From Candidatus Woesearchaeota archaeon (GTDB lineage: Archaea; Nanobdellota; Nanobdellia; Pacearchaeales; GW2011-AR1), in the NCBI GenBank assembly GCA_964358765.1, contig CAYHPN010000002.1:62863-126862 (forward strand): a stretch of 64,000 nt of DNA, written 5' to 3'. Positions 8,252 to 17,948 of this stretch are shown piece by piece. Numbering within the stretch: the stretch's first letter is position 1; each line of letters opens with the position of its first letter. The notes beneath the pieces were generated by a model, which made no database searches, had not been told where the DNA came from, and saw only the letters and a program-made list of their open reading frames with translations. The position numbers and the translations under genes are program-made.

Positions 8252-11200
8252 ATGATGAAAAATGTAAAAAAGACAAATAAACATAAAAGAAATGTTATAT
8301 ATCTGCTTATCTTATTATCGATAGTTGCAATATTAATTTTGATTGGTATTTGGAATACATTTAGAGGTGACGGAAAAGTCTCGCTTTCTGCTGAAAAAAT
8401 AACCCATACAAATTCTTTTTCATATCAAGATCAAGATAATGGAGAAATTAAAAAAATAAATGAAGGAGATTACCAGGTAAAAAAGACTTCCAAATATTAT
8501 ATTTTAATTAATAAAAATAAACTTTATGTTTTCTCTAATGAAGGTAAATATATGTGGTCTAGAGTAGAAATGGCTGAAAAAATATCAATTGAAACCATTA
8601 ATGATTTAAATAATGATGGATATGAAGAAATAGTTGTTGCACCTAAAAAGAGTTCAATTCCTATTACAAAAGTTGTAGATGGAAAAACTGGAAATTTGAT
8701 AAGTTCAATAACTACATACAAAGAAACATATAAAAATAATATCCCAACATCGAATGAAGTAATATTGAAGAATGGTGGTGAAGTTTTTATATTTAATTTA
8801 GATGGAGGTTATAAATTAAATGGAATTAATTTTGAAAAGATTCTTGAAACTGAATCATTGATAATTGATGCAAAAAAGATGGGAGAAAATTTAATTGTTG
8901 CAGATTTATTCAATATCTACTCTTTTAATTCTGATTATAGTAAGATAAACACTTATCCAATTGTAAATAGTGATTTTTATATTGGTAAAAATTATATATA
9001 TGTTAGACAGGATGAATATATTAATCGTCAAATGATTAATTATTTATCAATATTTGATAAAAATCTTAATTTAGTCAATAAATTTGAGTTTAATAATAAG
9101 ATAATAGATATATTCTCTGATGACCTAGTTTTTTTGGATAATAATAACTCAGTTTATTTGGTGAACTCTAATGGATTAAAAGAATCAAAAGTTTTTGATG
9201 TCAATCCTACTGATTTTGAATACCAGGTTATAAATGATAATTTTATTTTCAAACAGGACAACGTCATTAGAAAAATCAAGGATGGGGTGGCAGTTACTAT
9301 TTATAAAATTCCTTCTGAGTTTTTACTGAAGAAATTTATGGTTGTTGATGAGTCTAATATAGCAACTATAGATGAAGAATCAAAAAAATTAAATATATTA
9401 AACGGAGTCAGCAGTATTTTTGAATTTAATTTTGGAGGCAAAGAATTAACTTATGATCAAGGAAGTTCTGACTTCTCAATATGGAATGAATACCCGTTCT
9501 TCTATAAATATAAAGATTACAAAGGAGATTTAAAACAATTAATAAATAATAAAAAATTTGAGGTAATAGGTATTGAAAATATTGAAGATATTAATAATGA
9601 TGGAGAAGATGAATTTATTCTTAAATTAGGTGAAAAGAATAATTATGGAATAAATGCAATAATCTTATTTTATCCAAAATTAGGTACAGGCAAGAAAATT
9701 ACATTTATTCCTAGTGTTGGAGAGAAATTAGTGGTTATTAACGAAACTACAACAAAAATTAATGAAACAAATAAAAATCTTAAAATAAAAAAACAAGAAG
9801 TGGATTCTCTAAATAAAGACTTAAGTGATTATCAGGAAGAATTACAAATAGAGGATAATGTAACAAGACAAAACTTCATTATTCAAGAAATGAATAAGAT
9901 TAACAATAAAATTAGTTCTTTACAAACTGAGATTTATAAACTAGAAAATGAAAAAATTGATTTAGATAATCAAAAATCTAATATAGAATCTCCAGATTTA
10001 GTGAATCAAAAGAAAATAAGAAAATTTAGTTTTGACAAAGACGGTTTATTAATAATATTGTCTAATGGGGAAACATATAAGATAAAATACTCTCCCTATG
10101 AAGAAAGCAAATTAGAATTAAATTCTTACAATCAAGAATATGCGGGCGATATTAATAATGACGGAATCACTGATTTAATAGGGTTAAAACAAGACTCTAT
10201 AGATTTGCTAGATGGGAAAACACTTGAACCGATGTGGTCAAAAAATATTGCTGGTATTATAGATTTCTGGAGAATTGATAATGCATTAATATTACAGACT
10301 TCCCTTGGAATAATAAGTTTAAGACTTAGTGATGGGATGGAATTAGAAAGAAGAGACTTTGATTCGAACAATTTTCCTGGATTTATGACAAAAAATAAAA
10401 AAGCGGCGATATTTAGCAATCATTATGGTGTGCAGATATTTGGTGAAAAATATTATGATTTAAAAATAGAAAACTTAGGAATATCTTATGGAACAAACAT
10501 GGATAATTTTAATGCTTTATACGACTGCAATAAAGATGGTAACGATGAAGTTGTATTTGGAGTAAATAATAAGTATTCTGAAAATGCAAATAAAATAATT
10601 TTATATTGTATAGATCCAAGAATTGGGCAGAAGACAAAAGAAATTGTTGTAATTGATAGCGAACGTCAAATTGCTAATTATGGTAAATTTGGTAATATCT
10701 TTGGTAATTCAATGGGGGGATTAAATAATTATGATTATGTTTATTCTGAAAGCAATAGTTTAATACCTTTGAAAAAAACAACAAATTCATTAATTTTAGA
10801 ATTTGGATCTAATGATAATCCGGCTAGTTATTCTTTAGAATCTTATTCAATTATAGATTCTTTTGGATTATTAACAAGCTTAATATTAGATGCTGAGAAT
10901 AAGGTTAAATATGTTAACTTTGGAAATAGATTGAGAATAAGAAGTGGAAAAATCTTTAATTCATTTGGAAAAGAAATACCTATTAATGATAATAGAGATC
11001 TTAATATGAATAGAGAATCTGATGGTTTTACAATAAGTGGCGGAAATAATAAATTTATTTTTATAAATGATAAACTTGTTACCTACTCTGATAAAAATGA
11101 AGATTTTGTAGGAACACTAGATGAAAAGAACCCAATATATTTATTATCTTCGATGCCTGAATATGAGATATTTGAAATTTACTTTAGCCAAGAAAATCTA

Positions 11201-11302
11201 AGAAAGAGAATGTCCCCAATACCAATATTAATTATTTTACTTGAAATATCATTGCTAGTTATATGGATAATCTTAAAATTAAAATGGAAGAAGAAAGAAT
11301 AA
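8252..11302 (+). CDS. large membrane-anchored surface protein with FG-GAP/VCBS-like Ca-binding repeats and a central coiled coil
   Basis: 1016 aa with N-terminal and C-terminal TM helices. It has four DxNxDGxxE loops (NDLNNDGYEEIVV, DINNDGEDEFIL, GDINNDGITDLIG, DCNKDGNDEVVFG) and a heptad-rich segment around aa 500-600. Confidence 0.5.
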   Translation: MMKNVKKTNKHKRNVIYLLILLSIVAILILIGIWNTFRGDGKVSLSAEKITHTNSFSYQDQDNGEIKKINEGDYQVKKTSKYYILINKNKLYVFSNEGKYMWSRVEMAEKISIETINDLNNDGYEEIVVAPKKSSIPITKVVDGKTGNLISSITTYKETYKNNIPTSNEVILKNGGEVFIFNLDGGYKLNGINFEKILETESLIIDAKKMGENLIVADLFNIYSFNSDYSKINTYPIVNSDFYIGKNYIYVRQDEYINRQMINYLSIFDKNLNLVNKFEFNNKIIDIFSDDLVFLDNNNSVYLVNSNGLKESKVFDVNPTDFEYQVINDNFIFKQDNVIRKIKDGVAVTIYKIPSEFLLKKFMVVDESNIATIDEESKKLNILNGVSSIFEFNFGGKELTYDQGSSDFSIWNEYPFFYKYKDYKGDLKQLINNKKFEVIGIENIEDINNDGEDEFILKLGEKNNYGINAIILFYPKLGTGKKITFIPSVGEKLVVINETTTKINETNKNLKIKKQEVDSLNKDLSDYQEELQIEDNVTRQNFIIQEMNKINNKISSLQTEIYKLENEKIDLDNQKSNIESPDLVNQKKIRKFSFDKDGLLIILSNGETYKIKYSPYEESKLELNSYNQEYAGDINNDGITDLIGLKQDSIDLLDGKTLEPMWSKNIAGIIDFWRIDNALILQTSLGIISLRLSDGMELERRDFDSNNFPGFMTKNKKAAIFSNHYGVQIFGEKYYDLKIENLGISYGTNMDNFNALYDCNKDGNDEVVFGVNNKYSENANKIILYCIDPRIGQKTKEIVVIDSERQIANYGKFGNIFGNSMGGLNNYDYVYSESNSLIPLKKTTNSLILEFGSNDNPASYSLESYSIIDSFGLLTSLILDAENKVKYVNFGNRLRIRSGKIFNSFGKEIPINDNRDLNMNRESDGFTISGGNNKFIFINDKLVTYSDKNEDFVGTLDEKNPIYLLSSMPEYEIFEIYFSQENLRKRMSPIPILIILLEISLLVIWIILKLKWKKKE

Positions 11303-12213
11303 TAACTATTAGAAATTTGAGTAAGCAATTTAAAAATAAAGGAATTGTAGCTAAAGCAGTAGATGACATTAGTTTAGATATCTTAAAAGGAAAGATATAT
11401 GGTTTTGTGGGGCATAATGGCTCTGGAAAGACAACCACAATTAAGATGATTCTTGGTTTAATTAGACCAAGCTCTGGAGAAATTAAAGTTAATTGGGAAG
11501 GCAATGTTAAGAACTATGGTCTAGGATACGTACCTGAAAGAGCCGTTATTTACGATGATATGTATCCACTAGAATATTTAATTTATATTGGAGAATTAAG
11601 TGGTCTTGATAAAAGTACATCTAGAAAAAATGCCGAAGATTATATAAAAATATTTGGTTTAGAAACAGCTAAAAATAAGAAGATAAAAACATTTAGTTCT
11701 GGAATGAAACAAAAAATACTCATTTCTCAAGCATTGTTACATAGTCCATCTTTAATGATTCTTGATGAACCTACAACGGCTCTCGACCCAGTAGAGCAAA
11801 AGAAACTACTTGATATTTTAGGAAAATTATCAAAAGAAAATGGTTCAACGATAATTATGAGTAGTCATCATTTACAAGAATTAGAAATGATTGCAGATCA
11901 TGTATTCTTATTTGAAAATGGGAAGATTGTGCTTGACTCTGATATAAAAGACATGAAAAAATCAATTAAGGGACAAATTGAAATAAAGACCACAAACCCA
12001 GAAAAAGTATTAAATATCCTTAGAAAAGAATTGAATATAAGAGATATAATTCTTTCTGGAGATAAGATAATAATTAATGATGATCGTCTTAGTTCTTCTT
12101 CATTTAAAAATACGATAATTAAAAAAATTATGGACTTTGGGGAAGATGTACTTTCAATTTCATCTTCATCGAAATCGTTTTACGATTCAGTAATGGAGAA
12201 ATTAAAAAAATGA
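11263..12213 (+). CDS. ABC transporter ATP-binding protein
   Basis: Walker A GHNGSGKTT, signature FSSGMKQK and Walker B LMILDEPT. Confidence 0.85.
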   Translation: MDNLKIKMEEERIITIRNLSKQFKNKGIVAKAVDDISLDILKGKIYGFVGHNGSGKTTTIKMILGLIRPSSGEIKVNWEGNVKNYGLGYVPERAVIYDDMYPLEYLIYIGELSGLDKSTSRKNAEDYIKIFGLETAKNKKIKTFSSGMKQKILISQALLHSPSLMILDEPTTALDPVEQKKLLDILGKLSKENGSTIIMSSHHLQELEMIADHVFLFENGKIVLDSDIKDMKKSIKGQIEIKTTNPEKVLNILRKELNIRDIILSGDKIIINDDRLSSSSFKNTIIKKIMDFGEDVLSISSSSKSFYDSVMEKLKK

Positions 12214-13136
12214 GAAATATATTATTAATATCAAAAAAAGAACTTAGCAGACATCTAGGAATATTTAGGAATGTGATTTACATTTCTCTTATAGTCTTGG
12301 TAGCTACATCGATATTATTTTTTTCATTATCTGCGGTTAATGGATATCAGGATGTAAATGCTTATATGTCGGGTCTAATTATTACTTTAGGTTTTTATTG
12401 GATTGCAGGCGTACCATTTTTGATATATATGGGCTCACTCACTATTGGAACGGTTTCAAATGAGTTTAGAAAAGGAACAATTTTATTAATTTTAACAAGA
12501 CCTGTAAAGAGAATTGAATTTTTCTTAGGAAAATTTTTGGGCTTATTTATTTATGGAAGTATATTAAACATAACAATTATCTTATTTGTTACTTCACTTA
12601 CAAGTTTAATGCTTAGACTGCCGAGTTCTATTGTGATTTCTGCTTATTATGCCTCGTTTTCATTTATTATTTACAGCTGCGTGGTTTGTGCATTTATTAT
12701 TTGTTTTGGATTAATTCTTTCTGTTATTGTGAAAAGTTCAAGAATATCTATGGTAATACTCTTTGTTTTTATTTTATCTCTGCTTTTCTTACCTTTGTTT
12801 CTAAAACAAATCTCTCCAGAATATCAAAATAAATATCCGGATGTGGCATTCTTATTTGGGTCTACAAATATTGGAATATCTGAAATTTTAGGAATAAATA
12901 TACATCCTTCTGTAACAACTGGGTTATCTCATTTTTCAGGAATATATAAAGATAATCCATCGTATAAAAGCCGGCATTATAATTATCAAAATATAATTTA
13001 TCCTGAGTATATATTAAAAAAGCCACTTAAAATATTGAACATCCCTTTTTATTTATCTGTAATTCTAATGTTAATACTTATCTTAATTATATTCGTATTC
13101 TCATTTTTTATATTTAAGAGGAAAGAGTTTTATTGA
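12210..13136 (+). CDS. ABC-2-type transporter permease
   Basis: 308 aa with about 6 predicted TM helices. An ATGA overlap couples it to the ATPase gene. Confidence 0.6.
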   Translation: MRNILLISKKELSRHLGIFRNVIYISLIVLVATSILFFSLSAVNGYQDVNAYMSGLIITLGFYWIAGVPFLIYMGSLTIGTVSNEFRKGTILLILTRPVKRIEFFLGKFLGLFIYGSILNITIILFVTSLTSLMLRLPSSIVISAYYASFSFIIYSCVVCAFIICFGLILSVIVKSSRISMVILFVFILSLLFLPLFLKQISPEYQNKYPDVAFLFGSTNIGISEILGINIHPSVTTGLSHFSGIYKDNPSYKSRHYNYQNIIYPEYILKKPLKILNIPFYLSVILMLILILIIFVFSFFIFKRKEFY

Positions 13137-13192
13137 GAGTCAAAAAAGTAACATTTAAATAGTAATATCATTTGATATTATAATATTCGAAA

Positions 13193-13498
13193 ATGGAAAC
13201 TCTATTAAAGAAGAAGGAAAGTTATTTTGAAAGCAATGAGATAGCGAGGTCTCCAACTCTTCAAACTGTATTAATGGTAGAGAAGTATATCAAAGACAAT
13301 TCTGGAGAATATAAAAAAACAGAACTATTTAATAAATTACCAAAAAAAGTAATGTGGCAGACTTTTCAAGTAATAATGGAATATTTGGAGAGCAATTTAA
13401 AAATTGTATATGACGTTGAAGGATATGTAGTTTATATTTGGAATCCTCAATTCGCAGCCAAATATAATGACAGACATGATTTAACATGGAAGGGATAG
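13193..13498 (+). CDS. hypothetical protein, candidate antitoxin of the downstream RelE/ParE-like gene
   Basis: 101 aa, overlapping the next ORF by 13 nt. I recognised no motif. Confidence 0.3.
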   Translation: METLLKKKESYFESNEIARSPTLQTVLMVEKYIKDNSGEYKKTELFNKLPKKVMWQTFQVIMEYLESNLKIVYDVEGYVVYIWNPQFAAKYNDRHDLTWKG

Positions 13499-13809
13499 TA
13501 AAATTTGTGGATGAAAGTTTGAAGAAAGCATTTGAAAATTTAAAAGATATTGATTTGGATTTATATGAACAAATTGATAAGGCTACGGATGAAATTAAAA
13601 ATAATGTCTTCTGTGGTAGAAATGTCAAAAAAAAATTAATCCCAAAAGAATTAATTCAAAAATATGGCCTCGATAATTTATGGATTTATAATTTAAGAAG
13701 CGGATGGAGGTTGATTTATTCTGTATCTTCACCAGATAAAATTCAAATTTTTGCGATAGTCCTTGATTGGATGAACCATAAAGATTACGAGAGGCTATTT
13801 AAATTTTAG
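13486..13809 (+). CDS. RelE/ParE-superfamily toxin-like protein
   Basis: The C-terminal pattern GWRLIYSVSSPDKIQIFAIVLDWMNHKDYERLF resembles the RelE/ParE core strand-strand-helix end. Confidence 0.45.
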   Translation: MEGIVKFVDESLKKAFENLKDIDLDLYEQIDKATDEIKNNVFCGRNVKKKLIPKELIQKYGLDNLWIYNLRSGWRLIYSVSSPDKIQIFAIVLDWMNHKDYERLFKF

Positions 13810-13823
13810 ATTTATAGAAAGAT

Positions 13824-14519
13824 ATGAAAAAAGCAATTGTTTTATGTTCTGGCGGAATGGATAGCGTTATTACGGCACATTATGTTAGAAAGAGGCTAAA
13901 ATATGATAAAATAACACTTTTGTTTTTTAATTATGGGCAGAAAAGTCTGAATTCTGAGAGGAAGAGTGTTTTGAAAAGTGCTAGAGAATTGAAAGCTGAT
14001 TTTAAAAAAATAAAATTGCCTGAATTAAAAAAATTATCTACATCTTTAATAAATATAAATGGAGAAATTAAAAAATTAAACAAAGAAGATTTGAAAAATA
14101 CGAAAAAGGAAAGCGAGAAATGGTACGTGCCTTGCAGAAATTTAATATTTCTGAGCTACGCTCTTGCTCTTGGAGAAAAAGATTTTGTAAATGGAAGGAA
14201 GAGAAACGATATCTTTGTTGGATTTAAAAATGAAGGAAAGGAAAGTTTTTCGGATACTACGGGAAAATTTGTTGAACTAGTAAATAAAATAAGCCACAGA
14301 GGAAGCGAAGGAAAATGCAGAATTTATGCTCCTCTTATTAAGAAAGATAAGGAAGATATTGTAAAATTGGGAATGAAACTAGGAGTAAAACTGCAAGATA
14401 CATTTAGCTGTTATATTGGAAATAAGAAACATTGCGGAAAATGTTTAGCATGTATGTTACGCAAGGAAGGATTTTATTGGGCTAATGAGTTGGATGAAAC
14501 TGAATATAAGATCAATTAG
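13824..14519 (+). CDS. queC: 7-cyano-7-deazaguanine synthase
   Basis: PP-loop LCSGGMDS and a C-terminal Zn cluster CYIGNKKHCGKCLAC. Confidence 0.8.
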   Translation: MKKAIVLCSGGMDSVITAHYVRKRLKYDKITLLFFNYGQKSLNSERKSVLKSARELKADFKKIKLPELKKLSTSLININGEIKKLNKEDLKNTKKESEKWYVPCRNLIFLSYALALGEKDFVNGRKRNDIFVGFKNEGKESFSDTTGKFVELVNKISHRGSEGKCRIYAPLIKKDKEDIVKLGMKLGVKLQDTFSCYIGNKKHCGKCLACMLRKEGFYWANELDETEYKIN

Positions 14520-14553
14520 GAAATATTATAAAGACTGAAAGTATAATTTTATT

Positions 14554-14937
14554 ATGGATAAAGAAACAGAATTAAATCTCAATAAAATTGTTGACAAGAT
14601 ATCTAAAAATAAGAAAGTAAAAGCTATATTTCTATTTGGAAGTCAAGTAAATGGAAGAGCGAGAGAAGACTCTGATGTTGATATTGCAGTGCTAACTAAA
14701 GAAATAAATATTGATGAAGAATGGAAAATATCTGGAATTGGAAATGAAAAATTTGAAATTCATATCTTCAATAGATTGCCTTTAGTAATTCAATTTAGAG
14801 TTATAAAAGATGGCAAACTTCTTTTTGTTAAGGATGAGAGATATTTACATGATGTTTGGAGATATGTAGTTAGCAGATATTTAGATTTTCAACCATTTAT
14901 TGATAGATTCTATCAGAGGGTAATTGAAAATGTTTGA
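14554..14937 (+). CDS. mntA: minimal nucleotidyltransferase (MNT) antitoxin
   Basis: GSQVNGRAREDSDVDIAV is the NTase GS...DxD motif. The ORF overlaps the downstream HEPN gene. Confidence 0.7.
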   Translation: MDKETELNLNKIVDKISKNKKVKAIFLFGSQVNGRAREDSDVDIAVLTKEINIDEEWKISGIGNEKFEIHIFNRLPLVIQFRVIKDGKLLFVKDERYLHDVWRYVVSRYLDFQPFIDRFYQRVIENV

Positions 14938-15370
14938 TAAACAGAGAATTGGAATGATGATCGATAATATTGAGGAGTATAATAAAGATCTAGAAAAGTA
15001 TAAGATTAAAACAAAAAACGATCTTAATGATAAAAAAACTTTTTATGCATCTTCAATGATAGTGTTTTCAATTTTGAATAGGGTAATTGATTTAGGAAAT
15101 GAAATTATATTAAATGATCATTTGGGATCTCCAAGCACATATGAAGATGTTATGCCAAAATTAGTTAAGGGTGAAATAATGAATGATAAAGAAGCAAAAG
15201 AATTAAATAAATTAATTAAAAAAAGAAATATTTTTGCACATTTCTATGGGGAGATTAATAGAGAAGACTTATATAATATAATAAATAAATTAAATTTAGT
15301 TGATAATTTTATCAAAAAAATAAAAAAAAGAATGATGATTAAACAAGGAGAGGATGAAGATGCCATTTGA
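14924..15370 (+). CDS. hepT: HEPN-domain (DUF86) toxin
   Basis: RNIFAHFYGEI is the Rx4-6H HEPN motif; 148 aa. Confidence 0.7.
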   Translation: MKMFDKQRIGMMIDNIEEYNKDLEKYKIKTKNDLNDKKTFYASSMIVFSILNRVIDLGNEIILNDHLGSPSTYEDVMPKLVKGEIMNDKEAKELNKLIKKRNIFAHFYGEINREDLYNIINKLNLVDNFIKKIKKRMMIKQGEDEDAI

Positions 15371-16673
15371 GTTTAAATTTCCTGATGTGGGGGAAGGAAT
15401 ACAGGAAGGGGAAATTGTTAAGTGGTTAGTAAAAGAAGGAGATGAACTCAAAGCCGATCAGACTATGGTACAAATTGAAACTGACAAGGCAGTTGTTGAT
15501 ATACCTTCTCCAAGAAACGGAATTCTATTAAAAATTAATTACAAAGAAGGAGAAAAAGTTAAAGTTGGTGCAGTTTTAGTTGTTATTGGAGATAAAGGCG
15601 AAAAGGTAAAGAGTGAAGGAAAAACAGAAGAGAAAAAAGTTGAGAAGAAAAAGAATGATGAAAAAGCTCCTAAAAAGGGACAGAGTGTTGTTGGACAACT
15701 TGAAGAAGCACCTGATGAAGATGAAGAAGTTGAAGAAAAAAAACATTCAGATGTTATGACGGGGGAAAAACAAACTGCAAAAGTGCTTGCGTCTCCTGCT
15801 ATAAGAAAAATTGCTTCTGAGAATAAAATTGATTTGACTGAAATTAAAGGAAGCGGAGAAGGCGGAAAAATTCTTAAGAGTGATATTGACAAGTTTATTT
15901 CAAAAAATGTTGAGGAAAAACCTGAAATTCCTCAGCAAACTATAACTGTTAAAAAGAAATATGATGATTTTGGATATTTGGAGAGAGTGCCTTTAAAAGG
16001 AATAAGAAAAACTATAGCTGAACATATGTCTATCGCATGGGAAGAAGCGCCACAGGTAACTAGTATGGAAGATATTGATGTAAGCGAATTATGGAAAATG
16101 AGGGAAAAAGAAAAGAGAACGGCAGAAAAATTAGGAATTAAATTAACGTTTTTACCTTTAATCGTTAAAGCGACTATTGCAGCACTAAAAGAAAATCCCA
16201 TTTTGAATTCAATGATTGAGGGAGATGAGATCTTAATTAAAAAATATTTTAACATTGGAATTGCAACAGAGACAGAAGTTGGACTGATGGTCCCTGTAGT
16301 TAAAATTGCACAGAATAAAAGTATTTTAGAAATTGCAAAAGAGATTACAGAATTGTCTGAGAAAGCAAAAAATAGAACGATAGATATTATGGATTTGAAA
16401 GGTGGAACGTTTACCATAACAAATTATGGAAGTGTTGGAGGAATGTATGGAACTCCAATTATAAATTATCCTGAAGCAGCTATTTTAGGACTAGGGAGAA
16501 TTTTTGATAGAGTAGTTATGGATGAAAAAGGAAAACTGCGAAATGTAAAGATATTGCCTGTTTCACTTACCTTTGACCATAGAATCGCTGATGGCGGACA
16601 GGCAGCTCGTTTTCTTGAATCATTAAAAATGTTTTTAGAAGATCCTGAACATTTGATGTTAGAATTGAAATAA
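15354..16673 (+). CDS. pdhC: dihydrolipoamide acyltransferase E2 component
   Basis: Lipoyl domain IETDKAVVDIPSP, E3-binding segment ASPAIRKIA and catalytic LTFDHRIADGGQAARF. Confidence 0.85.
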   Translation: MKMPFEFKFPDVGEGIQEGEIVKWLVKEGDELKADQTMVQIETDKAVVDIPSPRNGILLKINYKEGEKVKVGAVLVVIGDKGEKVKSEGKTEEKKVEKKKNDEKAPKKGQSVVGQLEEAPDEDEEVEEKKHSDVMTGEKQTAKVLASPAIRKIASENKIDLTEIKGSGEGGKILKSDIDKFISKNVEEKPEIPQQTITVKKKYDDFGYLERVPLKGIRKTIAEHMSIAWEEAPQVTSMEDIDVSELWKMREKEKRTAEKLGIKLTFLPLIVKATIAALKENPILNSMIEGDEILIKKYFNIGIATETEVGLMVPVVKIAQNKSILEIAKEITELSEKAKNRTIDIMDLKGGTFTITNYGSVGGMYGTPIINYPEAAILGLGRIFDRVVMDEKGKLRNVKILPVSLTFDHRIADGGQAARFLESLKMFLEDPEHLMLELK

Positions 16674-16681
16674 GAAATAAT

Positions 16682-17842
16682 TTACTTCTTCTTAGTAAGA
16701 TAATTTTCTAGAGCTTTACTTGTTCTTTCTTTACCTTCATCTGTTATTCTTTCAATTTCTTTAGCATTGTTTGTAGCTTTTTCCCTATTTTCTCTTATTC
16801 TTTGATAAGATTGTTCTTGGAATGTTGCTATTGCATCAACAAGTTTCTTATGAGAATCTGCACTAATTGTTGCACCATATGCTGTATCAATTGCAGCTTC
16901 TTTCAATTTGGTTCCTGTTCTTGCGAATTGCTCTATCCCTTCATTTATTCCTTTTTTCATCGATTCTACTACCTGTGTTTGCTCATGTAAACCTGCTTGA
17001 GAAACATAATTAACGGCTAAAGCTGTTAAAAGATGTTCATTGGTACCGAAAAAAGTAATTCCTAAAAGATAAACTGCTTCTTTTGAATTATGGGTTTGCC
17101 TTAAGTTAGCCATTAACCCTTCGCCTACATTATAACCAATCTTTAAATTCTCAGCAACATTTTTTATTAATTGATATCTTCTATCTTCTTCATTTAATTT
17201 AATTTCTAATTGATCTCTTTGTAATTGTAATGTTGATTTTTCTGATTCCTTAGTTCCTTTATAGTCTGTTACCTTACTAGCTGCACCTATAAATAAATCC
17301 TTTGCCGTAGTTAGATTTGCTTCTTGAATTTCCAATACTTCATAAGCCATGACTTCTGCTCCCTTCATCGCTAATCTGAAGTGTGTATATGCCTTCATTA
17401 TTTCTTTTTCACTGTCTAACTGTTCTTTTGTTCTTCTGGAAACATCAAGATAAATATCTCGAATATTTGTAAATCGAGCAGGAATGGTGCCTCGTGTAAC
17501 ATTCATCCAGATATTCGCTGCTTTTTCTGCCCAATCTAATTTATTATCCTCTCGCTGTTTTTCAAGAGCCTCATAATCCACTTTAATAGAAGTAAAATCA
17601 TCTGTTACTGTTTGGTATCCATTTGAAACTTTCATTTCCTTAATCTTGTCTCTTGCTAATTCATTAAAACTACTTTCATATTGAACAACTCTTGCAATTG
17701 CAGTAACTCTTGACTGGTCTACTGAAACAAGTTGTTCTAAAACATTAGCTAACTCTGATCCTTCAGTTTTTTTCTGAAGAATTCCAAACTTATCAAGAAC
17801 TTCTACTGCACTATCAAGATATTTTTGTATTCCTGTTTCCAT
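16682..17842 (-). CDS. all-helical protein, possibly TelA (toxic anion resistance)-like
   Basis: 386 aa. Length and helix layout loosely match my memory of the TelA family; no diagnostic motif was verified. Confidence 0.3.
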   Translation of the reverse strand: METGIQKYLDSAVEVLDKFGILQKKTEGSELANVLEQLVSVDQSRVTAIARVVQYESSFNELARDKIKEMKVSNGYQTVTDDFTSIKVDYEALEKQREDNKLDWAEKAANIWMNVTRGTIPARFTNIRDIYLDVSRRTKEQLDSEKEIMKAYTHFRLAMKGAEVMAYEVLEIQEANLTTAKDLFIGAASKVTDYKGTKESEKSTLQLQRDQLEIKLNEEDRRYQLIKNVAENLKIGYNVGEGLMANLRQTHNSKEAVYLLGITFFGTNEHLLTALAVNYVSQAGLHEQTQVVESMKKGINEGIEQFARTGTKLKEAAIDTAYGATISADSHKKLVDAIATFQEQSYQRIRENREKATNNAKEIERITDEGKERTSKALENYLTKKK

Positions 17843-17948
17843 TTTACTTTTTCTTATTTTGCTGCGTTTATAAATCTTTCTGATTTGTAGTAATTATATA
17901 ATGGTCTCATATAACAAAGTTTATATATAGAGTTTAAGAAAAAATGTT

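Noticed and set aside
15539-16417. Antisense ORFs 15539-15892 and 15932-16417, and similar ones at 1856-2188, 22962-23414, 28011-28424 and 59565-59930
   Set aside because: They lie entirely inside, and opposite to, well-supported genes (E2, E1-alpha, hppA, acs, the P-type ATPase). Their translations are low-complexity Ser/Phe/Ile-rich, as expected for the antisense of AT-rich coding DNA.
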